From Candidatus Methanophagaceae archaeon (GTDB lineage: Archaea > Halobacteriota > Syntropharchaeia > Alkanophagales > Methanospirareceae), in assembly GCA_003194425.1 (NCBI GenBank), contig PQXB01000001.1, forward strand, positions 820,444 through 852,443: 32,000 bases of DNA, given 5' to 3'. The notes under the pieces were generated by a model that saw only the letters and a list, made by a program, of their open reading frames with translations, had not been told where the DNA came from and ran no database searches. The position numbers and the translations under genes are program-made. Positions 7,181 through 15,862 of the stretch are shown piece after piece; within the stretch, counting starts at the first letter, position 1; every line of letters starts with the position of its first letter.

Positions 7181-9450
7181 ACCTCCGAGCCACCGTTATC
7201 ATAAATCCTGCTTTTATCGGCAAATACATCCGAATAGTCCGTCAGATTACACTCCTTTGATTCACATAATACTTTCCCTTTTTTTATATTACGATACCCT
7301 AAATAGACATTGCCACCAATATTTTTATGCCCGCAGAACGAGTAAATGGCAATTTCTGGAATGAATGTAACTTCTTCATTATATAATCTCATCCCCCCCC
7401 AGCCATCTACATATATTTTTGGATTATCCCGGTTCATAAAATCTCTTAACCAGCTCGCACTGTAACTCTCCTGATCGTGAATGTACAATGTATTGTAATT
7501 ATCTCCATCAGTGCTTAAGGTTATCTCTCGTGGAATACCGAATATCGCAAACATTGCTCCCGTGACGCACAAGAATAGCGGTATCAGAACCAGTAATATA
7601 ATTAAATACACCCCCGGAGTCGCCAGAGTCTGTTCAGGTTTGTTGTGAGTTTGTTTAGACTTGTTATTTCGTAAGCGAGTTGAGCGAGTTAGAAAAAGTT
7701 GATATAATTTTCCTAAAGTTTCTTTCAGCATCAAACATCCTAAAACGAACACAACAGATAAAATCACCAACAGCATCGAGTATGTGCGCTTTATGTCATA
7801 CCCCTCTGAAACATAAGGAAGTGCAACCATAATCACAAGTATTCCAGTACACATCAATGTCAGCACTAAATGTTCAATTGAAAATTTTGTCTTTAAAAAA
7901 TCTGGTTTCAAATGCTCTTCTTCTCGCTCCGGAATCGCGATCATACTCTTATATTTCGTGAGCATACTGATAACTCCAGCACCTATGAGAAGGAATGAAA
8001 TCCATGTAACCACAAACTCTATTTTATAAGGAATAGCGGTCCTAATATTTTCGCCGTACAGAATACCCTCTCCAAGCATTGCCTGTGTTCTTTCGCATCT
8101 CGATTCAAAGAGAAAGAAGTTATGCAAGTTCTTAAAAGTTGCGTCTACGAACCCCACTCCTTCATTAAACGCTTCTTCTGTTACCTGCGAATACCAGAAG
8201 AAGACTATGCCAAAGAATAGCAGAACCAGCGTTAAACTTATGCTCTTCTTAATTGTGAACCGTTTTGACAATATCTCGATTAAGAACCAGCTAAAAAGCA
8301 TTATAAAGAAGAAGATATAGGTGGTTGCATAATGGGAGACGATGCACGACGCCATAAAGACGATGAATAAAATCCTCTTTCTCAGCGGATCTATCCCATC
8401 ACTTAAGAAGACTAACATCGCAAATCCAAAGAATAAAAACGCAGTATTTGTGCGCGGGCTGTATGCAGTATCTAAAAAAATATCTTGAGATATGAAGAAA
8501 AATGAAGCCAAAAACGCGTATAATTCTCCTACATATTTCTTTGATATTAAAAATACTATCAATGGTGCAACTGAAAGCAGTAATGAATAAAAAATTTTAT
8601 AAAAATATACGCTATTACTTACATTCAAAAAAGATTGGTATATTGAAGGTAATAATGAAATGGCTAAACATGCATCTAAAGTGGAATGTCCAAGAACATA
8701 CCAATGCAAATTACTAAATATCACTCTGAAAAAATGATATTCCTTATGTACATCCATCCCTAAGATATAATTCGATCTTAATGACAACAGTAGTAAAAGA
8801 GAGATGCTAATTAAAAATATTACAACAGGATAAAGTCTTTTTGGAAATTTGTGATTGAAAATGCAGACAAAAACGACATAAATTGGAATTAAAAATAACA
8901 AGAACACCAAAATTGAATTGTTTTTTGTAATATTCATCAAATGCATTCCAAATACGCTCAATCCTGGAAATAAGATTGGAACGATTAAAAATGCCTTCTC
9001 TGCTGCAGTTAAATGAATATTCTCTAACGTTACTACATTTTCACCGTTTATTTTATATCCAAGAATAGACAGCAAAATCAAGGCACTACTAAACGATACC
9101 ACCATCGAGACTGTTGAGAGTGGTGTTAAATAGCCAAGACTGTAATATAATTTATCTATGATTAGTCCGAAAAATGTTAGGAATGAAATACTGAGTCCTA
9201 CACTCAACACAACTTTTTCTAAAATTTCTATATTGTTTAATTTTAGAATAACAAGAATAAGTGCGCCGGGTAGTATGGTGAAACAGAGAAATCCGAAAAT
9301 CTGTCTCAAAAAAGGGATGTTTAAAAGTATTGTGATGTCTGTTAAGAGGATTATTGTTATTATAACTGCAAACCATTCTTTAGCTCCAAACTTCAATTTT
9401 ATTTTGTAATAAAAACCTTTTTTCATAGTTTTCCCTGTATCCAAAAACAT
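7171..9450 (-). CDS. 759-aa polytopic membrane protein; candidate glycan polymerase or GT-C-like enzyme (DUF2206-like from memory)
   Basis: Long intact ORF with a GGAGG RBS before ATG 9450. There are more than 15 hydrophobic segments over ~650 aa, then a ~110-aa soluble C-terminus. No WWDYG AglB motif is present. The functional call rests on context only. Confidence 0.6.
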   Translation of the reverse strand: MFLDTGKTMKKGFYYKIKLKFGAKEWFAVIITIILLTDITILLNIPFLRQIFGFLCFTILPGALILVILKLNNIEILEKVVLSVGLSISFLTFFGLIIDKLYYSLGYLTPLSTVSMVVSFSSALILLSILGYKINGENVVTLENIHLTAAEKAFLIVPILFPGLSVFGMHLMNITKNNSILVFLLFLIPIYVVFVCIFNHKFPKRLYPVVIFLISISLLLLLSLRSNYILGMDVHKEYHFFRVIFSNLHWYVLGHSTLDACLAISLLPSIYQSFLNVSNSVYFYKIFYSLLLSVAPLIVFLISKKYVGELYAFLASFFFISQDIFLDTAYSPRTNTAFLFFGFAMLVFLSDGIDPLRKRILFIVFMASCIVSHYATTYIFFFIMLFSWFLIEILSKRFTIKKSISLTLVLLFFGIVFFWYSQVTEEAFNEGVGFVDATFKNLHNFFLFESRCERTQAMLGEGILYGENIRTAIPYKIEFVVTWISFLLIGAGVISMLTKYKSMIAIPEREEEHLKPDFLKTKFSIEHLVLTLMCTGILVIMVALPYVSEGYDIKRTYSMLLVILSVVFVLGCLMLKETLGKLYQLFLTRSTRLRNNKSKQTHNKPEQTLATPGVYLIILLVLIPLFLCVTGAMFAIFGIPREITLSTDGDNYNTLYIHDQESYSASWLRDFMNRDNPKIYVDGWGGMRLYNEEVTFIPEIAIYSFCGHKNIGGNVYLGYRNIKKGKVLCESKECNLTDYSDVFADKSRIYDNGGSEVWR

Positions 9451-9541
9451 CCCTCCATCTTATCTTAAAACGTGGCATCATACCTTAGCTTAAATCATCC
9501 AAGTAAAAAAATTTCTTTACTAACGTTTTTTCCTTCTTAAC

Positions 9542-10483
9542 CTATTCACTCCCTTTCACATACCACTTAATATATCTCCTCACGCCTTCCTCAAAATCCA
9601 CTTTTGGCCACCAGCCCAGTTCCTTTTTAGCCTTCTCTGCTGAAACGGTCTTGCCCTCGAAGTCACCCGGTCTTTCTTCTTTATATTCTATCTTCACTTC
9701 CTTTACTTCCTTCACTTCCTTTCCTTCCTTCTCATCCCCTACCAACTTCTTCACCGTCTCCGCAACCTCTCTCACTGTTATCGGGCGCATTCCCTCTAAA
9801 TTGTATGTCTGGTTCTCTGCGGCGCCTTTCAGCGCGGCAACATTTCCCTCTGCCAAGTCCTCTACATAAATGAAATTCCTGTACTGCGAGCCATCGCCGA
9901 AAATCGTTAACGGTTCGCCGTTCAATGCCTTCCTGACAAATATCGCAACGACTGTTCCGCCTCTCGCTCTCGGTCCGTAGGGAATGCCATATCGCAGGAT
10001 TGTGAAATTCTGATTGTATAATCGCTTGTAGCTCTGGCAGTATAATTCCGCGGCAACCTTTGACGAAGTATATACGTGGTCTGCTTTTTCGATGTGCAAC
10101 GGTGTGCTTTCGTCTACCGCTTTTTCTGAGGACAACCCGTAGACCCAGACCGTGCTCGCGAGAATAACTCGTCCGATTTCGTTTCTCCTCGCCGCTTCCA
10201 GCACATTCGCCACACCTAAAATATTTATCTCTCCTGCTTCAACCGGATTTTTGTAGACATCGTTCACATCCGCCATCGCCGCCAGCAGATAGACCGCATC
10301 AAAATTCCCGGTTAATGCAACCGCAGTCTTCGAGAGGTCGGTAATATCTATGTAGAGGTGTCTAACATCTTCTCTGTGCGGTTTCATAATGTCAAACACC
10401 GTGACCTCGTGCTCCTGCTCGATCAGTTTATCCACGATATGCGAGCCAATAAATCCTGACCCGCCTATTACTCCTATCTTCAT
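9542..10483 (-). CDS. NAD-dependent nucleotide-sugar epimerase/dehydratase (extended SDR)
   Basis: The N-terminus MKIGVIGGSGFIGSHIVDKL is a GxxGxxG motif. YTSSKVAAE is the YxxxK catalytic motif. ...RPGDFEG...AKKELGWWP is a typical C-terminus. It carries an in-frame KEGKEVKEVKEVK low-complexity insert. Confidence 0.9.
   Translation of the reverse strand: MKIGVIGGSGFIGSHIVDKLIEQEHEVTVFDIMKPHREDVRHLYIDITDLSKTAVALTGNFDAVYLLAAMADVNDVYKNPVEAGEINILGVANVLEAARRNEIGRVILASTVWVYGLSSEKAVDESTPLHIEKADHVYTSSKVAAELYCQSYKRLYNQNFTILRYGIPYGPRARGGTVVAIFVRKALNGEPLTIFGDGSQYRNFIYVEDLAEGNVAALKGAAENQTYNLEGMRPITVREVAETVKKLVGDEKEGKEVKEVKEVKIEYKEERPGDFEGKTVSAEKAKKELGWWPKVDFEEGVRRYIKWYVKGSE
9692..9736 (-). repeat. 9-bp in-frame tandem repeat (gaag[tg][ga]aag x4-5 on the coding strand) encoding EGKEVKEVKEVK
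   Basis: Plus-strand units are cttcacttc / ctttacttc / cttcacttc / ctttccttc / cttctcatc, read directly. Confidence 0.9.
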
Positions 10484-10484
10484 T

Positions 10485-11115
10485 TTAGTTTAACACCTCC
10501 TTGAACAAAATAAATGCCTCTGCTAATTTTCTGTTACATTCCATACCTCTCATTTTAGCAAATGTTTTAAACCCTTCTTCGGAGCGAGGATTTGGATATT
10601 CCCTGGTTTCTGTCTCATAATATAACATAGCTTTTATTTTGTTGTTTAACAATTCTTCTGTTAGTTCTATATAAAGGTTAGGTGCAAAATGAATAGTTGA
10701 AGAAGGAACCTCGTATACTAATATTTTATCAATATTTCTGCATGCTACTCTACAAGCCTGATAAACTGCTCTGTGGTCTTGATTGCTGTCATTTTCGTTT
10801 GGAATATACGCTATATCTGGCTTCACCGTGGTTACCACATCCTCAATCGCTATTATACTCTTTATCAAACTTTCATCTAAATGCTCATCTCTCAATCCAC
10901 AAAAGAAATATTTCTCTATCCCAAGTAGTTCCTTAACTTTTTGTGCGCTTTTTTTGGTTTGGGCAGTATAAATATCGTCAATCTTATGACCCAAGACCCT
11001 GTTGGCAACAACATTAACAAACACTGCATCTCCCCTCTCTTTGTGCCATTGAATTGCTCCACCCGTACCTAACAACTTCATCATCTGCATGTGGAGCGAT
11101 TATTAAAACTTTCAT
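10485..11115 (-). pseudogene. PIG-L/LmbE-family N-acetyl-sugar deacetylase with a +1 frameshift near the N-terminus
   Basis: ATG 11115 (ATGA overlap with the upstream stop) opens MKVLIIAPHADDEV, the PIG-L AHPDDE motif. That frame stops after ~36 codons. The track ORF 10485..11090 continues LGTGGAIQWHKERGDAVFVNVV...SNQDHRAVYQACRVA in another frame. The span is 631 nt = 3n+1. Removing one G at ~11073 gives APHADDEVLGTGGAI. Confidence 0.8.
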
Positions 11116-11915
11116 ACTAATCCCCTTTTGTACCCTTTCAATGCTTCAACTTTTTTGGTTACAGTGATATTTCCTCTCTCAGCGAATACTCTTTGGGCTT
11201 CCTTCTTCATCCTAAATAATAAATTTTCACACCACTCCTTGCTTTGAACATATAATGTGGATGACATATAATGTTCCATAAACGTCTCTACATCTGGAAA
11301 AACTATTGGATTCACAAATAGCTCAAGAGATAAATTGCAGAATATCTTTTTTGCTACCGGTAGGACCTCTTTTCTCAAATCAGATGAACCGGGTTGGTAT
11401 TGTGGTGGAATATATTTCGCAACTCGATAGTGCATCTCTACCATCTCTCTCGAGGTATCATCAGGAGGACTTGCAATTAAAAAACGCCCATATGGCTTTA
11501 ATACCTGTTTAATCTCTGTCATTACTTCTTTCTCATTCATATAATATATGGCAAAATTGCAGGTCACAACATCAAAAGTATTCTCTTTGAAAGGGATATT
11601 CTCACCATTCTCTCTTATTAGAACAAAATCTTTACCTGGAGCAAATTCTTTTATCCTTTTCTTTGCCTCTCTCAGCAGAGACTCTGATAGATCTATACCT
11701 ACTATGTTATTTGTAACTTGGGAATACGCAAGGATTTGACTGCCGTTTCCGCAACCTATGTCAAGAACTTTCTCTCCTTGTTGGAGTTTGAGTTTCTTCA
11801 ATAGCCATTGATTAAAATCATTAGTGCCGTATTTTTCTATTAGATTTATTCTCGATACCAAATCCTTTTTATCCTTATAAAGCTCGCTTCCATCTCGGCG
11901 TTTTTTATCTAACAT
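11112..11915 (-). CDS. Class I SAM-dependent methyltransferase
   Basis: Motif I is EKVLDIGCGNGSQIL. The likely start is ATG 11915, preceded by GGAGG. The longer track start (MQEAGLLAG...) lies inside the aminotransferase gene. Confidence 0.85.
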   Translation of the reverse strand: MLDKKRRDGSELYKDKKDLVSRINLIEKYGTNDFNQWLLKKLKLQQGEKVLDIGCGNGSQILAYSQVTNNIVGIDLSESLLREAKKRIKEFAPGKDFVLIRENGENIPFKENTFDVVTCNFAIYYMNEKEVMTEIKQVLKPYGRFLIASPPDDTSREMVEMHYRVAKYIPPQYQPGSSDLRKEVLPVAKKIFCNLSLELFVNPIVFPDVETFMEHYMSSTLYVQSKEWCENLLFRMKKEAQRVFAERGNITVTKKVEALKGYKRGLV

Positions 11916-13039
11916 AGTGCCTCCTTCAAAGAGTCCACAACATACTTCGCCTGTTCCTCGGTCATCGTTGCAAACACCGGCAAGCAGACCTGCCTCTTGC
12001 AAACATCCTCAGCAACCGGAAACACCCCCTCTGTAAAACCATACAAATCCTTGAATATCGGCTGCAAGTGGCAGGGCAGTTCGTAAACCTCTCCGCTTAA
12101 ACCTACCTCATATTTCTCTTTAAGTTCTCTTTTAAGCTCCGCCCTCTCAATCTCAATGCCCTCGTCCAGCATAACCACATACTTGTAGTAGTTCGACTTC
12201 ACTTCAGGAGGGATTTTTATCGGCGTTACACCCCCTCCTCCCCTCTCATTCAGTTCTTCATCGTATATTTTTGCGATCTTTCTTCTATCCGCGATGAACG
12301 CCTCAAGCCGAGCAAACTGCGACAGACCTACCGCGGCGTGAATCTCACTCAGCCGCCAGTTGTAGCCCATCTCTGTATGCACATTGCCAAAGAATCCTGC
12401 TTTGCCCTGGTCTCTGAAGACTAACGCCCGCTCGTAAATCTTTTTGTCGTCTGTCGTGATCATTCCACCCTCGCCGGATGTCATCACTTTCGTTGGGTAA
12501 AAGGAGAACGCGGCTGCCTCTCCGAACCCTCCTGCCATTTTTCCGTCCAGCGTGCTCCCGTGTGCGTGCGCGGCATCCTCGATTAGAAAAAGATTGTGGT
12601 CTTCGCATATTTCCTGAATCTCTTTTATCTGCGGTGGCACGACGCCTCCAATATGCACAACGATAACACCTTTTGTATCTTTTTTTATATTCTCCTTAAC
12701 GCTCTCAGGGTCAATGCAAAGGTTCTCGGTAACATCCGAAAATATGACTTCTCCACCTGCGTGTACGACCGATGCAGGCGTCGCAAAGAAGGTGTTCGTT
12801 GGCACAATCACCGAATGCCCTTTCACATCTAACGCCCTCAAAGGTATTTCCAACGCACTCGTTCCGCTGTTCACCGCAACTGCATATTTCGTGCCCACAT
12901 ACGCTGCGAATCGCTCCTCAAATTCTCTCGTGTATTTCCCAAGCGTCAGTTGCCCGCTTTCGAGAATCTCGTCTACTTGCTTCAACAAATCCTTCCTTTC
13001 TTCCTCAGGAAAGTATATCTTCGCTGCTGGTATTTTCAT
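11909..13039 (-). CDS. DegT/DnrJ/EryC1/StrS-family PLP-dependent sugar aminotransferase
   Basis: MKIPAAKIYFPEEERKDLLKQVDEILESGQLTLGKYTREFEERFA...NSGTSALE...DAAHAHG...SFYPTKVMTSGEGG is the canonical family layout. Start ATG 13039 is preferred over ATG 13093, whose 18 extra codons are the 15-bp polypurine repeat. Confidence 0.9.
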   Translation of the reverse strand: MKIPAAKIYFPEEERKDLLKQVDEILESGQLTLGKYTREFEERFAAYVGTKYAVAVNSGTSALEIPLRALDVKGHSVIVPTNTFFATPASVVHAGGEVIFSDVTENLCIDPESVKENIKKDTKGVIVVHIGGVVPPQIKEIQEICEDHNLFLIEDAAHAHGSTLDGKMAGGFGEAAAFSFYPTKVMTSGEGGMITTDDKKIYERALVFRDQGKAGFFGNVHTEMGYNWRLSEIHAAVGLSQFARLEAFIADRRKIAKIYDEELNERGGGGVTPIKIPPEVKSNYYKYVVMLDEGIEIERAELKRELKEKYEVGLSGEVYELPCHLQPIFKDLYGFTEGVFPVAEDVCKRQVCLPVFATMTEEQAKYVVDSLKEALC

Positions 13040-13511
13040 TTTCTCTCCTCTCTCTTCCTCTCCTCTCTCTTTCTCTACTCTCTCTTTCGCCATTCTCCAA
13101 CTCTAAAACCGCCGCTATTTCTTCTATAAAATCATAAAAGTCTTGAAGGTTCTCTTTTAATATCTCAAATCCAAGTTCATCATCTATTTTCCCATATCTG
13201 TGCACGACTATGTTTCTAAAGCCTTTCATCAGCCTGATCTTCTCTTTTATTTCCTCACTCAAAATATTGTTCTTAACCAGATTCTCTACGATCTCTTCAT
13301 CGTCACCTGGAATTCCAAGTTCAAGGTCTGTGTTAATGACGGCACAAATATCAAAAACATCTTCGATTGCAAATTCTGTCCTCTTGTAGATTCCGTCTTT
13401 TAACAATCCCATCTCTGAGAATTCCTCAAAAGTTTCTGGCAAATGCTCCTCTACCAACCCAACACACTCCTCTATTTCTTTTATCTTTGTTCTGATAACC
13501 GCCCTCCTCAT
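13005..13511 (-). CDS. HEPN-domain (DUF86) toxin of an MNT-HEPN pair
   Basis: The Rx4H motif is present in ...MKGFRNIVVHRYGKID. ATGA overlaps the MNT stop at 13508-13511. The C-terminal tail (...ENGERESRERERRGRERRENENTSSEDILS) reads through the polypurine repeat and overlaps the aminotransferase start, so it is probably not native. Confidence 0.85.
   Translation of the reverse strand: MRRAVIRTKIKEIEECVGLVEEHLPETFEEFSEMGLLKDGIYKRTEFAIEDVFDICAVINTDLELGIPGDDEEIVENLVKNNILSEEIKEKIRLMKGFRNIVVHRYGKIDDELGFEILKENLQDFYDFIEEIAAVLELENGERESRERERRGRERRENENTSSEDILS
13016..13083. repeat. Direct repeat copy A (68 bp) flanking the MNT-HEPN cassette
   Basis: tatcttcgctgctggtattttcattttctctcctctctcttcctctcctctctct... 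is identical to copy B for the first 55 nt. It contains the ATG and first 8 codons (MKIPAAKI) plus 15-bp pyrimidine-strand units. Confidence 0.95.
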
Positions 13512-13924
13512 TTTATCGCCTTTTCCCTGATATAATCGTAAAATCTGTATTTAAACGCTTCAAAATCCTTTATCGTCTCGGTAGCCGTTTCATATAAAAA
13601 CCGCTTATCCTCGCAGTAAATTTCTCTTCCCTTCAAGACCTCAACTCTTACATAAAGAGGGAGTTGCTGAAAAATCTGAATATCATAAACATCATCGAAG
13701 AGTTCTGAAAGGAGTTTTAACCTGAATCTTGAGGACTCCTTTTGTCCTCCCTCATAATATATGCAGAAGTCAATATCTGAGCCCTCAACCATCTGCCCCC
13801 TTGCTGCTGAGCCATACAAGAAGATGAATTTCACCTTCTCAAATCCCGCTACATTCTTTATTCTTTGCAGCATAATCTTACTATCTTTTTCAAGGTGGCG
13901 TATCTTCGCTGCTGGTATTTTCAT
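13508..13924 (-). CDS. Minimal nucleotidyltransferase (MNT) antitoxin of an MNT-HEPN pair
   Basis: ...FIFLYGSAARGQMVEGSDIDFCIY is the GSx10-12[DE]xD pol-beta NTase motif. The first 8 codons, MKIPAAKI, are identical to the aminotransferase start and are part of a duplicated segment. The native start may be the internal MLQRIKN (13873). Confidence 0.85.
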   Translation of the reverse strand: MKIPAAKIRHLEKDSKIMLQRIKNVAGFEKVKFIFLYGSAARGQMVEGSDIDFCIYYEGGQKESSRFRLKLLSELFDDVYDIQIFQQLPLYVRVEVLKGREIYCEDKRFLYETATETIKDFEAFKYRFYDYIREKAIK

Positions 13925-13983
13925 TTTCTCTCCTCTCTCTTCCTCTCCTCTCTCTTCCTCTCCTCTCTCTTTCTCTATTCTCT
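13901..13983. repeat. Direct repeat copy B (83 bp; one extra 15-bp unit)
   Basis: Same sequence as copy A plus an extra tcctctcctctctct unit, then 13 nt with 1 mismatch. It contains the stop codon of the upstream methyltransferase (13975-13977). Confidence 0.95.
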
Positions 13984-14676
13984 AACCTTTTCCGCTTCGA
14001 CATAATACAAATGACACCTCTTCGTCGCATAAGTATCTAACAACTTATTAACCTCCCTTGCAAACCAAACAGGAATAAACTTCCCTTTAAAACCCCTGAA
14101 TAAACTAATTGGCGTGACCAGCCCTACTCCTCGCCTGTAAACCGCCCGAAATCCCGCCTCTTCTACGAGGTGCTCGAATTGTTCGGGCGTGTAATCGAAG
14201 ATGAAATCATTTTGCCAGCCTCTAAGTTTTACATAAGTACTATGAAGAGAATTTCTATTTGACATATTAATCAAAATTAATGGAGATACCTTAACTATTT
14301 TTGATAAGAAGTTCACTAATTCCGTTTCATTAAGTAAAGGGGCAAACTCAATGCAGGTAACTAAGTCGAACGTTTCGTCCAAATCAACATTGCGAACATC
14401 CTCTGCTATAACCTTAACACTGGGAAACTTTATTTTTAACTCGGTAACGAACTCTTCGTTAAACTCTACTGCCGTAACATCGTAGCCCTTCTCCAGAAGA
14501 TAAGAGACGATTCTGCCGTGTCCAGAGCCGATGTCCAACGCCTTCTTTCCTTCGCCCGGCGGTATTCTCTCTTTAACCAGTTCGTTCAAACTCTCAAAGA
14601 CCACATTCCTGATGTCCTTCGGATTCTCCCACCACTCAGAGTAATATTTCTTTATCTCTTTCGCTTCAACATCCAT
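13975..14676 (-). CDS. Class I SAM-dependent methyltransferase
   Basis: Motif I is KKALDIGSGHGRIVSYLLEKGYDVTAVEF. 233 aa and intact. Confidence 0.85.
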   Translation of the reverse strand: MDVEAKEIKKYYSEWWENPKDIRNVVFESLNELVKERIPPGEGKKALDIGSGHGRIVSYLLEKGYDVTAVEFNEEFVTELKIKFPSVKVIAEDVRNVDLDETFDLVTCIEFAPLLNETELVNFLSKIVKVSPLILINMSNRNSLHSTYVKLRGWQNDFIFDYTPEQFEHLVEEAGFRAVYRRGVGLVTPISLFRGFKGKFIPVWFAREVNKLLDTYATKRCHLYYVEAEKVRE

Positions 14677-14683
14677 TCCCTTT

Positions 14684-15862
14684 TTACCTCATCAATTCAT
14701 CTAACGAATCCCTGCACTTCCTTACCATCACCTCATAAGAATATTCCTCTTCTATAAGATTCCTCGCATTCTTCACGATTTCCTCAAGGTTTGGATGCTC
14801 CAATGCTCGTATAACATTTTTCGCAATGCATTCTGGCGAATTATCTTCTAAAATAAAACCCGTTTCTCCGTCTTTTATTACATCTGGTATTGATCCAACC
14901 GGTGTTGCGAGCACGACTGCACCACAAGCCATTCCCTCTTGGACAATTGCTGGAAGTCCTTCTGAATACGAAGGCAGTAGAATCAATTTCAACTCATTCA
15001 GATAATTTGGGAGCTCGTTATGAGGAATCCATCCTGTAAATTTAACTTTATCATAAGATCCATTGTTCTTTAATTCCTCATTTATTTCATCAAATAACGG
15101 CCCGTCGCCGCCAATTAAAAATTCTAAATCACTCTTCTCTTTTAATATCAACGGAATCGCCTTTGCAAAATTTAACACCCCTTTCTCTATCGATAAACGA
15201 CTAATGTATCCAATTAAGTTCTTTTTGTTTTTTAAATCTTCCTTTATTTTGAAATTATCAAGATCTATGTACATTGCACCGTTAATTGAAATTTTATGCC
15301 TATATCTATTTAGTCCTGTGAACGAAATAATGTTCTTTGTTTCTATATCAATTCGATCTGCAAGAGAGAAATTAATCAGTTCTAAAATTCTAAAAATATG
15401 CCGCATAATTCTACCTATGCCAAATAACATCTTATCATATTGTAGTTCAGCACCTTTTGACGCAGGTCCAGTTACAAATAAAACTGTTTTTTTCCCCAGT
15501 AACTTCGCAGCTAGCATTGGTAATAGATCCAAGCGAGTTCCTATATAAAAGTATACAATATCAATATCGTTTGATATTTTGCTTATATTTAAAGAGATTC
15601 TCAACTGAATTAATATCTCTTTGAAAATTTTACTCAATATTAACTCGTTTATTTTTCTATTATATTTTATCTCTATTATTTTTATGTGTGTATTATTGGT
15701 ATTATTATAAAAAAACTTCCCTGTAATTGCAAATAATTTGATAGACGATGGAAGGAGATAATCTATAAAATTTCCCAAGATTGTCTGTACGACAGGGGTA
15801 CCAGTGGGATGTGTTACCACACAGATGTTGGGTTTATTTTTCGAAGTTTTCGTCTTCTTCAT
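14684..15862 (-). CDS. GT4-family glycosyltransferase
   Basis: ...LLPSYSEGLPAIVQEGMACGAVVLATPVGSIPDVIKDGETGFILE. ATGA overlaps the upstream stop at 15859-15862. Confidence 0.85.
   Translation of the reverse strand: MKKTKTSKNKPNICVVTHPTGTPVVQTILGNFIDYLLPSSIKLFAITGKFFYNNTNNTHIKIIEIKYNRKINELILSKIFKEILIQLRISLNISKISNDIDIVYFYIGTRLDLLPMLAAKLLGKKTVLFVTGPASKGAELQYDKMLFGIGRIMRHIFRILELINFSLADRIDIETKNIISFTGLNRYRHKISINGAMYIDLDNFKIKEDLKNKKNLIGYISRLSIEKGVLNFAKAIPLILKEKSDLEFLIGGDGPLFDEINEELKNNGSYDKVKFTGWIPHNELPNYLNELKLILLPSYSEGLPAIVQEGMACGAVVLATPVGSIPDVIKDGETGFILEDNSPECIAKNVIRALEHPNLEEIVKNARNLIEEEYSYEVMVRKCRDSLDELMR

Noticed and set aside
12345-13137. Several 60-130-aa ORFs on both strands (12345..12608, 12478..12666, 12596..12832, 12714..13106, 12772..13137)
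   Set aside because: All overlap the strongly supported DegT-family aminotransferase. They are typical long shadow ORFs of a GC-richer gene, and the Ser/Pro/Leu-rich tails come from reading the polypyrimidine repeat.
13016-13983. IS element or transposon interpretation of the repeat-flanked MNT-HEPN cassette
   Set aside because: No transposase or integrase and no terminal inverted repeats. 68-83-bp direct repeats are far longer than target-site duplications. Homologous single-crossover insertion fits better.
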